A stretch of DNA of 64,000 nucleotides from NCBI GenBank assembly GCA_905236355.1, contig CAJOPG010000134.1:4595-68594 (forward strand), written 5' to 3'. The stretch is from Paludibacteraceae bacterium (GTDB taxonomy: Bacteria > Bacteroidota > Bacteroidia > Bacteroidales > Paludibacteraceae). Below are positions 37,326 through 47,217 of the stretch, one piece after another. A program made the translations under genes and the position numbers. Each line of letters starts with the position of its first letter. The stretch's first letter is position 1. The notes beneath the pieces were generated by a model. That model had not been told where the DNA came from. It ran no database searches and saw nothing but the letters and a program-made list of their open reading frames with translations.

Positions 37326-38945
37326 TCATTTGGCGGGCAGTCCGAGGATGGTGTAGGTGATACCATCTTTCAGTAAGTACAGGCTTCCGTTTTGCAGGAT
37401 GAGGGTGCCGGAGTGAGTATCTGCAGCGCGCAAGATGTCATCTACTCCGTCCTCTTGCAACTCTTCTTCATCGTCATTGCCGGTGCTATTGTTTTCTGCG
37501 CCATCTTCGCCACTATTGCACGTGTTGTCACATTGAGCGCTAACGGTCAGGTTTTTTATTTCCCATGCGGGTGCCGAAGTTTGTGCATCGTACTTAAATG
37601 CCAAACGGACATCCTCTTTACCCATAAATTCATCGGGGATGGCAATAGTGTTGTCCTTCCACTCCCAATTGCTGCTCCCCCAATTGGTGATGTCGAGTTG
37701 GGTCCATGCGGCAGTTTGCACATCACCGTCATAATCGTCAGAGACAAACAGCATGCATTGTTGAGGCCACTCTTGCGGGTTGTTGCCATAGCCCAACGCA
37801 TGTGTAAAAGAGACAGAGCCATGCTTCTGCCCTCGGAAATCAAAGACGGGCGATACGAGCCAGTCTTCATCAGGAAGTGTTTGGTAGGCATTCATATATG
37901 CGCAGGAGTAGTTTGAATACCAGAACCAATTGGACTCACCTTTTACATTTACGACCTCCCAACTACCCAACGAGGAGGCAAAAGTCTCGGTGTATTGAAA
38001 ATTCTGACAATCATCTTTGTCATCTTCGCCTCCTTGTTCTTGCCGTTTTCCGAGGTCAAGAGCAACGAGGTAGGGGTCGTGGTCGGAATAGTCGTAACAC
38101 CTATAGCAGTTGCACGAAAGATTGTTCAAGTGCCACACTCCCGCGCCGGTTATCTGCTTCGCCATAGAAGCGTTAGCAAACACATGGTCGATGAGTTCGC
38201 CGCTATAGTTCCAGCAATAAGAATAGGCGGTGGAATCGAAACGGAGCAATTGTTCTTCATAGCCTGCATTCTGAATAAGGGCAATACACTCCTCGTCGAT
38301 CTGCGCATTCAAGTCCCCCATGATTAGGATGTCGGGGTCGGTAGCATACTGTGGTAAGGCATTAAGCAGATGATTGGCATTGTTGATTCGCTGCTGCTTG
38401 TCGGAATCTGTGGATTTGGCCTTGAAGTGATTCATGCTGAGTGTAAAACGCTCACCGGTGGAAATTTCTTCGAACACCTGAATGCGCATTGTGTTCTTGT
38501 AGTATGTCCATGTGGAAGCGGGATGACTACTGCCGTAGGGTTGCACTTTGTCCTTCCTGTAAATGAAGCCCGACTTGAGCGCATTGTCATACTCATCGGT
38601 CGCTTCGTAAATACCGTCGCTGACAGTGGCATAGAGTTCCGCCTCCGCCATCTTGTTGAGTGTATCCACCAACTGCTGTAGCACAATGGGTTTGGCTTCC
38701 ACTTCACAGAAAGCATAGATGTCGGCATCTGCTGCAAGCATCATGTCGGCTATCTTGTGCGTCTTCTCGGCAAGCCCCGCCTCGGTATTATAGTCGGGGC
38801 GTGCAGACTCTGCATAGTTGTAATAGTAGTTCTCCAGATTATTAGCCAGCACCAGAATTCTGCCATTGCCCAACTCAGGAAGAGTTGCGGCAAAAAGATT
38901 CGCAACCGAGAATATTAATATCAAAAAAGATGTTGTTTTTTTCAT
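37326..38945 (-). CDS. Secreted endonuclease/exonuclease/phosphatase-family nuclease fused to an adhesin-like beta-sandwich domain, an acidic linker and a short C-terminal motif
   Basis: 539 aa. Signal peptide MKKTTSFLILIFSVANLFA. EEP motifs ADIYAFCEVE, LIMGDLNA, YSDHDPYLV. The second domain reads QYTETFASSLGSWEVVNVKGESNWFW...DWLVSPVFDF. The linker is GEDGAENNSTGNDDEEELQEDGVDD. The C-terminus is TLILQNGSLYLLKDGITYTILGLPAK. Confidence 0.75.
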   Translation of the reverse strand: MKKTTSFLILIFSVANLFAATLPELGNGRILVLANNLENYYYNYAESARPDYNTEAGLAEKTHKIADMMLAADADIYAFCEVEAKPIVLQQLVDTLNKMAEAELYATVSDGIYEATDEYDNALKSGFIYRKDKVQPYGSSHPASTWTYYKNTMRIQVFEEISTGERFTLSMNHFKAKSTDSDKQQRINNANHLLNALPQYATDPDILIMGDLNAQIDEECIALIQNAGYEEQLLRFDSTAYSYCWNYSGELIDHVFANASMAKQITGAGVWHLNNLSCNCYRCYDYSDHDPYLVALDLGKRQEQGGEDDKDDCQNFQYTETFASSLGSWEVVNVKGESNWFWYSNYSCAYMNAYQTLPDEDWLVSPVFDFRGQKHGSVSFTHALGYGNNPQEWPQQCMLFVSDDYDGDVQTAAWTQLDITNWGSSNWEWKDNTIAIPDEFMGKEDVRLAFKYDAQTSAPAWEIKNLTVSAQCDNTCNSGEDGAENNSTGNDDEEELQEDGVDDILRAADTHSGTLILQNGSLYLLKDGITYTILGLPAK

Positions 38946-38991
38946 ATTTCAGACTATAATGATTAGAATTGGTTCAAGACAATACTGCGTC

Positions 38992-40473
38992 TTACAACGT
39001 TACGCCATTTTTGAAGATTGCTATCTCATGATAACCACTCCGCTCGTTGTTGGTGAGATTGCCGCTTGCCACACCCAATACAAAGTCAATAAAACGTTTG
39101 TTTACTTCTTCCATAGGCTCACCTTCGGCAATGACGCCGGCATTGAAATCTATCCAGTTGGGCTTATTGCGGTAGAGGTTGCTGTTGGTGCTTACCTTTA
39201 CTGTGGGAACATAGGTCCCGAAAGGTGTGCCGCGTCCTGTAGTGAAGAGCACTATATGGCAGCCCGCACTGGCAAGCGCTGTACTTGCCACAAGGTCGTT
39301 ACCCGGAGCAGAGAGCAGATTCAATCCTTTTGTCTGTATCCGCTCTCCGTATGCCATCACGCCCCTGACAAGCGACTTGCCGCACTTTTGTGTACAGCCC
39401 AACGCCTTATCTTCCAGTGTACTGATACCACCGGCTTTATTACCCGGCGAAGGATTCTCGCCCACAGGTTCACCATGAGAGAGAAAGTAGTCTTTGAAGT
39501 CATTGATGAGGCTCACGGTTTGGTCAAATAACACGCGGTTGGCACAACGATTCATCAAAATGGTCTCAGCGCCGAACATCTCCGGCACTTCGGTAAGCAC
39601 GGTGGTGCCTCCTTGAGCCACCAGCCAGTCGGAGAGCATGCCGAGAAGCGGATTGGCAGTGATACCTGAGAAACCGTCGGAGCCTCCGCATTTCAGACCT
39701 ATGCGCAACTCGCTGACCGATATGGGCTCGCGTTTGTCTTGTTGCATTTTCTGATATAACTCACGGGCGAGATTGAGTCCGTATTCAACCTCGTCTCCTT
39801 CCGCTTTCTGTGATACCATGAAACGCACACGGTCGTGGTCGTAGTCACCGATGAACTGCTCAAACACATCGGGTTGGTTATTCTCACAGCCGAGCCCCAC
39901 TACCAGCACAGCACCTGCGTTGGGGTGAAGCACCATGTCGCGCAGAATCTTCTTCGTATTCTCGTGGTCGTCGCCCAATTGCGAGCACCCATAGTTGTGC
40001 GGGAAAGCGAAAATATTATCTCCGCCTGTTTCCTGACGCAGACGCGCTGCTATCTTCTCTATTATTCCGTTTACACACCCCACGGTGGGTATAATCCAAA
40101 ACTCGTTGCGGATACCCACATTACCATTCTTGCGGCGATAACCAAGAAAAGTGCGTTGCTCGTCAGGGATATTGAGCACCACATCTGTGGGGTGATACTC
40201 ATAAGAGAGCAGGCCTGCAAGGTTGGTTTTAATGTTATGCTCATTCATCCACGAACCCGCCTTCTTCGTCTCACAGGCATGACCTATAGGGAAACCGTAT
40301 TTGATCACATTCTCCCCCTCGGCAAGGTCGCGTATGGCAATTTTGTGCCCCGCAGGTACATCTTCCAAAACGGTTATTTGTTTGCCGTCAACGGTTATCA
40401 CCGCCCCCTTCGGCTGAGGCTGAATGGCTACCACAACATTGTCAGCGGAATTGATTTTAAGAACAGAAGTCAT
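38992..40473 (-). CDS. uxaA: Altronate dehydratase (UxaA family)
   Basis: 493 aa. The N-terminal SAF-like MTSVLKINSADNVVVAI... and the long UxaA-type C-terminal domain. Adjacent to uxaB. Confidence 0.88.
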   Translation of the reverse strand: MTSVLKINSADNVVVAIQPQPKGAVITVDGKQITVLEDVPAGHKIAIRDLAEGENVIKYGFPIGHACETKKAGSWMNEHNIKTNLAGLLSYEYHPTDVVLNIPDEQRTFLGYRRKNGNVGIRNEFWIIPTVGCVNGIIEKIAARLRQETGGDNIFAFPHNYGCSQLGDDHENTKKILRDMVLHPNAGAVLVVGLGCENNQPDVFEQFIGDYDHDRVRFMVSQKAEGDEVEYGLNLARELYQKMQQDKREPISVSELRIGLKCGGSDGFSGITANPLLGMLSDWLVAQGGTTVLTEVPEMFGAETILMNRCANRVLFDQTVSLINDFKDYFLSHGEPVGENPSPGNKAGGISTLEDKALGCTQKCGKSLVRGVMAYGERIQTKGLNLLSAPGNDLVASTALASAGCHIVLFTTGRGTPFGTYVPTVKVSTNSNLYRNKPNWIDFNAGVIAEGEPMEEVNKRFIDFVLGVASGNLTNNERSGYHEIAIFKNGVTL

Positions 40474-40507
40474 ATAAATAGATTTTTAGCACTGGCGTTA
40501 TCGTTTG

Positions 40508-40515
40508 CAAAGATA
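40508..40515 (-). promoter_or_regulatory. -7 box TAnnTTTG for uxaA
   Basis: The minus strand reads TATCTTTG, 35 nt upstream of ATG 40473 and just after the uxaB terminator hairpin. Confidence 0.5.
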
Positions 40516-40542
40516 TGAATAAAAATTGATTGTACAAAAAGG

Positions 40543-40569
40543 TAGGGGCGGGTCCATCTACCCGCCCTA
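40543..40569 (-). terminator. Rho-independent-like terminator after uxaB
   Basis: A GC-rich stem: TAGGGGCGGGT (40543-40553), loop ccatct, ACCCGCCCTA (40560-40569), with one bulged G. On the minus strand it is followed by cc then TTTTT (40540-40536). Confidence 0.65.
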
Positions 40570-40600
40570 TACATGAAAACATAATATGTCCGGTCTGTAT

Positions 40601-42085
40601 TCAGAGAATCGACTTTACGGTCTCTAACATACCCTTCTCTTGGATGTCTTTCAGGAAGCCGCATACCATATCTGTCAGACCGGGTATCTCATTGAGATTC
40701 TGTTTCGACTCTTTCCAGATGATGTCGGTAGCACCAAGCACGCCTTCTGTCACTTTTCTTAAGTCGCCTGTTGCCCAAAGTTGCTGCAAGAGGTCCATGA
40801 TTTCCTGTGCATCGTTAGGCTGGATGGGTGCACCGTCGGCACGAGTGCCGCCCTTGTAATAAGTAATGATGGCCGCCAAGCCGAGCACGAGGCCCCTGGG
40901 CAGTTCACCTTTGCGCTCCAAATAAGTCTTCAAGCCCGGCAAGTCACGCGTCTCAAACTTCGGGAAGGAGTTGAGCATAATGCTGGTAACGGCATGATCA
41001 ACATAAGGGTTATTGAAACGTTCCAATACACTCTCACCATAAGCACGGAGCTCGTCCTTGGGAAGATTGAGGGTCTCTAACAACTCGTCAAACATAACCT
41101 TGTGGATATACCTGCCCAACACCTCATGGTTGCAGGCGTCACGCACAATGTTGACGCCACTCAGGTAGGTGACAGGTGAAAGAACCGTATGAGGACCGTT
41201 GAGCAAAGTCACCTTGCGCTCGTGGTAAGGTTTCTCGCTTTCTGCAATCAGCACATTCAAACCCGCTTTGTTGGCAGGGAACTCCGCCTCAAGTTCTGCT
41301 ATTGACATGTTTTCGGGTTTCTCTATCACCCACAGATGGAATATCTCGGCTTGCACAACCAAATTGTCGGCATAGCCTATCTTTTCCTGAATCTCGGCAA
41401 TGTCCTTGCGGGGGAAACCCGGCACAATGCGGTCAACCAATGTGGCACATACATAGTTGTATTTTTCAAACCATTCTTTGAAGCCTGCATAGTCGGCACC
41501 GAAGTCATCTTTCCACAACTCGATATATTTGCGGATGCAGTCTTTCAAATGATGCCCGTTGAGGAAGATGAGTTCGCACGGCATAAAGATAAGACCCTTC
41601 TTGGGGTCACCCTCAAAGGTCTTGTAGCGACGAAAGAGCAGTTGCACCAACTTGCCCGGATAAGACGATGCGGGAGCATCGGCAAACTTGCAAGCAGGGT
41701 CGAAAGTGATACCCGCTTCAGTAGTATTGGAGATGACAAAACGAATCTCCGGCTGGTCGGCCAGTGCCATAAAGGCGGCATTCTGGCTGTAAGGATTCAA
41801 GGCACGACTGATGACATCAATACGCTCAAGCGAGTTGACAGTCTCACCCTTCAAACGCCCTTGCAAATTGACATGATAGAGACAGTCCTGTCCATTGAGC
41901 CATTCCGCCATACCTTTGTCAATGGGCTGAACCACTGCCACCGAACCGTTGAAATTGGTTTTGGCATTCATATTCCATACAATCCAGTCGATAAACGCAC
42001 GAAGGAAATTACCTTCGCCAAACTGAATGATTTTTTCAGGAGCCGCCGACTTTGGAGCGGTAAATCTGTTTAATGCTTTTTTCAT
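40601..42085 (-). CDS. uxaB: Tagaturonate reductase (altronate oxidoreductase)
   Basis: 494 aa. Mannitol-dehydrogenase-family N-terminus IIQFGEGNFLRAFIDW. Confidence 0.88.
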   Translation of the reverse strand: MKKALNRFTAPKSAAPEKIIQFGEGNFLRAFIDWIVWNMNAKTNFNGSVAVVQPIDKGMAEWLNGQDCLYHVNLQGRLKGETVNSLERIDVISRALNPYSQNAAFMALADQPEIRFVISNTTEAGITFDPACKFADAPASSYPGKLVQLLFRRYKTFEGDPKKGLIFMPCELIFLNGHHLKDCIRKYIELWKDDFGADYAGFKEWFEKYNYVCATLVDRIVPGFPRKDIAEIQEKIGYADNLVVQAEIFHLWVIEKPENMSIAELEAEFPANKAGLNVLIAESEKPYHERKVTLLNGPHTVLSPVTYLSGVNIVRDACNHEVLGRYIHKVMFDELLETLNLPKDELRAYGESVLERFNNPYVDHAVTSIMLNSFPKFETRDLPGLKTYLERKGELPRGLVLGLAAIITYYKGGTRADGAPIQPNDAQEIMDLLQQLWATGDLRKVTEGVLGATDIIWKESKQNLNEIPGLTDMVCGFLKDIQEKGMLETVKSIL

Positions 42086-42318
42086 GTTTATATGTTTTAA
42101 GTTAATCGCCTTTGCTTGTTATTTCTATATATAATAGTCTCGTTTCATAGTTCAGTTGCGCATCTCTCCTTATCCCGACAATGCGCACTTCTCATGGTGC
42201 AAAGATACTTTCTTTTATCCATACATGATGCCGCAAACTGACATATTTTGTGGAATAATTGGAATTTCATGCCATTATATTTAATAGGAGTATGATAGCA
42301 GTATGGTAGAAGCATCCC

Positions 42319-42352
42319 TGCATCATCGAAGGATCATCGAAACATCAAAAGC
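42319..42352. repeat. Copy of the intergenic core repeat (reverse orientation)
   Basis: tgcatcatcgaaggatcatcgaaacatcaaaagc. It lies 126 nt upstream of the amn -7 box. Confidence 0.8.
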
Positions 42353-42477
42353 CCGTACTGCCTCTCAACAAAGGCTACTAAAAAACATCTGACATCAAAA
42401 ACTCTTATCTTTGATACAGACCGGTGACTTTTTACAGGTTTTTTTATTTTTGATTTTCCATTTCTAATTATAATTTG

Positions 42478-42485
42478 TATCTTTG
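42478..42485 (+). promoter_or_regulatory. -7 box TAnnTTTG for amn
   Basis: TATCTTTG, 56 nt upstream of ATG 42541. The track ORF start (TTG 42475) sits on this box. Confidence 0.45.
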
Positions 42486-42540
42486 CCGATTGAAAGTCTT
42501 GAAAAACAAAGAAAGAAAAGAGTATAAAACAGACAATACT

Positions 42541-43317
42541 ATGCTCAAATCCAAAAACGAAATTATTAGCAACTGGCTTCCGCGCTACACTCAGCGAAAT
42601 CTGAATGACTTCACCAACTTGATACTGCTGACCAACTTCAACCATTATGTGCAACTATTTGCCGAGAAGTATCAGGTGGATATAGTGGGAGAGTCTGGTT
42701 CCATGCCCAATGCGAGTGCCAACGGCATAACCATTATCAACTTCGGAATAGGCAGTCCGAATGCTGCCTTGATTATGGATTTGCTGCCAGCAATCAATCC
42801 TCGTGCCGTATTATTTCTCGGCAAATGCGGCGGATTGCGCACGAAAAACAGGATAGGAGACTATATTCTTCCCTCTGCCGCCATCCGTGGAGAAGGCACT
42901 TCCAACGACTATTTCCCGCCCGAAATACCGGCACTACCCGCTTTTAACCTGCTCCGTGCAGCAAGCGCTTGTATCCGTGACTTCGGACATGACTATTGGA
43001 CCGGAACCATTTATACCACCAACCGGCGCGTGTGGGAACACGACGAGGCGTTTCGCAACAAGCTGAAACAGAGCAAAGCGTATGCCGTGGATATGGAAAC
43101 CGCCACTTTGTTTTCTGCCGGATTTTACAACAGTATTCCAACCGGTGCGGTGCTACTCGTATCTGACAAGCCACTGGAACCCGACGGTATCAAAACCAAC
43201 GAGACAGACAAAAAGACCACGGCTGTCTTTGCCGGCGAACATCTGGGAATAGGCATCCGCACACTGGAAACCATCCGCGACAACACCATTACATTGAAGC
43301 ACTTGAGATTTGACTGA
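42541..43317 (+). CDS. amn: AMP nucleosidase, short form (PNP/UDP fold)
   Basis: 258 aa from ATG 42541 (MLKSKNEIISNWLPRY...). Motifs GKCGGL and VDMETATLF. Confidence 0.75.
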   Translation: MLKSKNEIISNWLPRYTQRNLNDFTNLILLTNFNHYVQLFAEKYQVDIVGESGSMPNASANGITIINFGIGSPNAALIMDLLPAINPRAVLFLGKCGGLRTKNRIGDYILPSAAIRGEGTSNDYFPPEIPALPAFNLLRAASACIRDFGHDYWTGTIYTTNRRVWEHDEAFRNKLKQSKAYAVDMETATLFSAGFYNSIPTGAVLLVSDKPLEPDGIKTNETDKKTTAVFAGEHLGIGIRTLETIRDNTITLKHLRFD

Positions 43318-43341
43318 TGGAGGAAGTGGAAAACTGAGGAA

Positions 43342-44367
43342 ATGAAAAGTTACGATGACATAATGCGTGACCTGCAGCAGGAAAAATACGCGCCTGTGTA
43401 TTTTCTTTTTGGTGAGGAGCCCTATTATATAGACAGGGTGAGCGACTATATAGAAAATAACATTCTGGATGATATGGCACGCGAGTTTGACCAAATGGTT
43501 GTATATGGCAAGGACTATGAGCGTGACATGTCGCCCATTATCTCTGCCGCACGGCGTTTCCCGATGATGGGCAAGCAGGTGATTATTGTAAAAGAAGCAC
43601 AAAATATCAAGAGTTTTGAGCCCTTGGACCTCTATATGCAACAGCTGATGCCCACCACTCTGCTGGTGTTCTGCTACAAATACGGCAAACCCGACAAGCG
43701 TTTGAAAGTGTTCAAACGCATAGAAGAAGCGGGAGGAGTGATGATGGAGTCAAAACTGCTCCGCGACTCTCAGGTGGGAAAATGGATATTGGATTACATT
43801 AGGGACTGGAACAAGCAGAAAGGTCAGCAAGTGACTATCAGTGAACAGGTAGTAGCTTTATTGGCAGAGTCGTTAGGCAACGACCTTACCAAAATAGTGG
43901 GAGAACTGAAAAAACTGACCGACGGACGCCCTGAAGGAGTAAACGAGATAACTCCCGAACTTGTAGAGAGAAATATCGGCATCAGCAAAGACTTCAATGT
44001 TTTCGAGCTGCAGAATGCCCTGCGTGACGGGGATGTACTGAAAGCCAACCGCATTGTGCGCTACTTTGCCCAAAGCAAACAACACTCCATACAGAAAGAG
44101 TTGATATCGCTTTTCAGTTGGTTCCAGAATTTGATGATATTTCATTATTTGCCGGACAAGTCGGGCCCTGCCGTAGAAAAAGTCTTGGGAATAAATCGTT
44201 ATTTTGTAAAGGACTATGTTGCCGCAGCACGCAGATACAACGCAATGAAAACTTTCCGCATTATCGGCTGGATAAGAGAGACTGATGCTCGGAGTAAGGG
44301 TATTGGCAATTCTTCTGCCGACGACCTTGCTTTATGGCAAGAACTAATATACAAAATCATGCATTAG
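43342..44367 (+). CDS. holA: DNA polymerase III subunit delta
   Basis: 341 aa. N-terminal YFLFGEEPYYID pattern. Sits immediately upstream of polA. Confidence 0.8.
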   Translation: MKSYDDIMRDLQQEKYAPVYFLFGEEPYYIDRVSDYIENNILDDMAREFDQMVVYGKDYERDMSPIISAARRFPMMGKQVIIVKEAQNIKSFEPLDLYMQQLMPTTLLVFCYKYGKPDKRLKVFKRIEEAGGVMMESKLLRDSQVGKWILDYIRDWNKQKGQQVTISEQVVALLAESLGNDLTKIVGELKKLTDGRPEGVNEITPELVERNIGISKDFNVFELQNALRDGDVLKANRIVRYFAQSKQHSIQKELISLFSWFQNLMIFHYLPDKSGPAVEKVLGINRYFVKDYVAAARRYNAMKTFRIIGWIRETDARSKGIGNSSADDLALWQELIYKIMH

Positions 44368-44380
44368 AAAGAAAAGATAT

Positions 44381-47035
44381 ATGAAGCGCCTTTTGCTTAT
44401 AGATGCCTATGCGATGATATATCGTGCGTACTACGCTTTCATGCAACATCCGCGAGTTACTTCCTTCGGACAAAACACCTCCGCTATATACGGGTTTGTC
44501 ATTACCTTGGAAGACCTGCTCAGGAAAGTACAGCCGACGCATATAGCCGTGGCTTTCGACCCCAAGGGAAAGACTTTCCGTCATGAGGCGTTTGAGGCAT
44601 ACAAGGCGCAGCGGCAAGCCACACCCGAAGACATCCATGCTGCAGTTCCTTACATTAAAGACATCTTGTCGGCTATGAATATCGCCACTCTGGAAGTGGC
44701 AGGTTTTGAAGCCGATGATGTAATAGGCACTATGTCAAAAAAGGCGGAGGCTGAAGGCTTTGAAGTGCTGATGGCTACCCCCGACAAAGATTATGGTCAG
44801 TTGGTGACAGAGAATGTACATATCTACCGACCGCGACATACCGGAGGCTTTGAAGACATGGGACCCAAGGAAGTTTGTGCCAAATACGGCATAAATTCAA
44901 CTGCTCAGATTATTGATTTGTTAGCCTTGATGGGAGACAGTTCCGACAACATTCCCGGTTGCAAGGGTGTGGGAGAGAAAACGGCTGTCTCTCTGTTACA
45001 AGAGTTCGGCAACATAGAGAACCTGCTCGCCAATACGCAACAATTAAAAGGTGCTCTGCGGACCAAAGTGGAGACACAAACAGAAGCTATTCGTTTCTCT
45101 TATTTTCTGGCTACCATACGGACGGATGTACCCATTGACATAGAAGAAGAGGAGTTCAGATGCAAGGAAATAAATCTGCCTGCACTTGCCGCAATATATC
45201 AGTCGCTTGAATTCCGCAGTCTGCTAAAGAAATATAACATACCGCAGGATGAGGGTTCTGTTACGCCTGTGCCTGCAACAAAGAAACAGGGAGAGACGGA
45301 TTTGTTTTCAGAGACGGCAGTAGCGGATGTACCGGCATTAACAAAGTTGGATGTTCAACCACAAGAGGGTCTTCCACCGCGGATTACGGATTCATGGCTC
45401 GGCATAGCAGTGGTGCAGGGCGGGACGACTCCGACTCCTGTGCGAGACCTCTTTTCCGCTTTGGAGGAAGAGCCTCTGACAGTATATCTTACTACAGACG
45501 GAACAGCCATATATAAAACCGACTTAAACAGCTCTGTCAAACGACTATTGGAAGACTGTACGATAAGGAAGACAGGGTTTGACTTGAAAAACGACTACAA
45601 GCAGTTAAAAAAACGAGGAGTGATTCTGAAGGGAGAGTTGTATGATACAACTGTTGCACACTATCTTCTCCAGCCTGAGCAGCGTCATGAGACAGATTAT
45701 TTGGCAGAGATATATCTTCATTGCGCATGCGAGGACACTCCTGCAAGCAAGTTGGCGGCGGCATGGCGTTTGTGCGAGCGACTGCAACAAGAGTGGAAGC
45801 AGCAAAATGCCTCATACGATATATTGAGTGTGGAAATGCAACTTATTCCTGTATTGGCAGATATGGAAACAGCGGGAGTGAAGTTTGACACACAGGTATT
45901 GCATGAAGCATCGCTCCATCTGAAAGAAGAGTTGGACACCTTGGAAAAAGAGATACTACAATTGTCCGGCACTGATTTTAACATCAACTCCCCCCGCCAA
46001 GTAGGTGATGTATTGTTTGAGACCTTAAAACTTGATCCTAAGGCCAAGCGGACAAAGAGCGGGCAGTATGTTACTTCAGAGGAGGTACTGCAAGAGTTGC
46101 AAAGCAAGCACCCTATAGTGGAAAAGATATTAGACTATCGCGCGATAAAGAAGTTGTTATCCACTTATGTTGAGGCACTTCCTGCGATGTCGGACCCTGT
46201 TACAGGCAAGGTGCATACCACCTACAACCAGACCATAACGGCAACCGGCCGGTTGTCCAGCAGCAATCCCAACCTGCAGAATCTGCCTATCCGCAGTGAG
46301 CGCGGGAAAGATATTCGCAGAGCGGTGATACCTGACAAAGGCTGTGTGTTCTTCAGTGCCGACTACTCACAGATAGAACTCCGTCTGATGGCACATTTTT
46401 CACAAGACGAACATCTGCTTCAGGCATTCCGCGAAAGACAGGACATTCATGCCGCAACGGCGGCGAAGATATTCGGCTGCCCTATCGAAGAAGTGAGCAA
46501 GGACATGCGCCGACGGGCAAAAACCGCCAATTTCGGCATCATCTACGGTATATCCGCCTTCGGTCTATCGCAACAACTCCACTCTTCAAGGCAGGAAGCA
46601 AAAGAACTCATTGACGGTTATTTTGCATCTTTTCCGCGAGTGATGCAATACATCGAACAACAAAAGCAGACGGCACGGGAACAGGGATATGTGGAAACCA
46701 TGTTTGGCAGAAGACGCTATTTGCCGGACATCAACTCCCGCAATGCCACCGTCCGCAATTTTGCCGAGCGAAACGCCGTCAATGCACCTATACAAGGGAC
46801 AGCAGCGGACATTATCAAGATAGCGATGGTGCGTATCGCCAAACGGCTGCAAGAGCAGCATCTTCGTGCCCGGATGATTATGCAGGTACATGATGAGTTG
46901 AACTTCAATGTACCGCAGGAAGAGTTGGCGCAAGTTAGAGATATAGTGAAATACGAAATGGAGCACGCTGTTGAATTACGTGTCCCATTGGTGGCAGACT
47001 GCGGCAACGGCAGTAACTGGCTGGAGGCCCATTAA
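44381..47035 (+). CDS. polA: DNA polymerase I
   Basis: 884 aa. 5' nuclease N-terminus LLLIDAYAMIYRAYYAF. Polymerase motifs DYSQIELRLMAH, RRRAKTANFGIIYG, QVHDEL. Confidence 0.95.
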   Translation: MKRLLLIDAYAMIYRAYYAFMQHPRVTSFGQNTSAIYGFVITLEDLLRKVQPTHIAVAFDPKGKTFRHEAFEAYKAQRQATPEDIHAAVPYIKDILSAMNIATLEVAGFEADDVIGTMSKKAEAEGFEVLMATPDKDYGQLVTENVHIYRPRHTGGFEDMGPKEVCAKYGINSTAQIIDLLALMGDSSDNIPGCKGVGEKTAVSLLQEFGNIENLLANTQQLKGALRTKVETQTEAIRFSYFLATIRTDVPIDIEEEEFRCKEINLPALAAIYQSLEFRSLLKKYNIPQDEGSVTPVPATKKQGETDLFSETAVADVPALTKLDVQPQEGLPPRITDSWLGIAVVQGGTTPTPVRDLFSALEEEPLTVYLTTDGTAIYKTDLNSSVKRLLEDCTIRKTGFDLKNDYKQLKKRGVILKGELYDTTVAHYLLQPEQRHETDYLAEIYLHCACEDTPASKLAAAWRLCERLQQEWKQQNASYDILSVEMQLIPVLADMETAGVKFDTQVLHEASLHLKEELDTLEKEILQLSGTDFNINSPRQVGDVLFETLKLDPKAKRTKSGQYVTSEEVLQELQSKHPIVEKILDYRAIKKLLSTYVEALPAMSDPVTGKVHTTYNQTITATGRLSSSNPNLQNLPIRSERGKDIRRAVIPDKGCVFFSADYSQIELRLMAHFSQDEHLLQAFRERQDIHAATAAKIFGCPIEEVSKDMRRRAKTANFGIIYGISAFGLSQQLHSSRQEAKELIDGYFASFPRVMQYIEQQKQTAREQGYVETMFGRRRYLPDINSRNATVRNFAERNAVNAPIQGTAADIIKIAMVRIAKRLQEQHLRARMIMQVHDELNFNVPQEELAQVRDIVKYEMEHAVELRVPLVADCGNGSNWLEAH

Positions 47036-47086
47036 GCAGATTCTCAAGCATCAACCATTACTTTAAGAAAACAGAAATACTATATC

Positions 47087-47118
47087 TCTGTTTCTTAGTA
47101 AGACTGTTTCTTAGTAAG
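47087..47118. repeat. Perfect tandem duplication, 2 x 16 nt
   Basis: ctgtttcttagtaaga ctgtttcttagtaaga, lying between the convergent polA and clpX ends. Confidence 0.9.
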
Positions 47119-47217
47119 AGGGTACTGCTAAAAAATTCACGCTCTTAGGATACCTTCAAAAGATTGATATAACCTTACTTTTATTTGTTTCCGGTCAAAT
47201 TCCGTTTATCTCTTTTT

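Noticed and set aside
40486-40493. TTAGCACT, half of a CIRCE heat-shock operator
   Set aside because: No inverted partner GAGTGCTAA lies 9 nt away. It sits in front of uxaA, not a chaperone gene.
38866-42073. Plus-strand ORFs 38866..39531 (221 aa), 39835..40518 (227 aa) and 41336..42073 (245 aa)
   Set aside because: They are antisense shadows of the nuclease, uxaA and uxaB genes.
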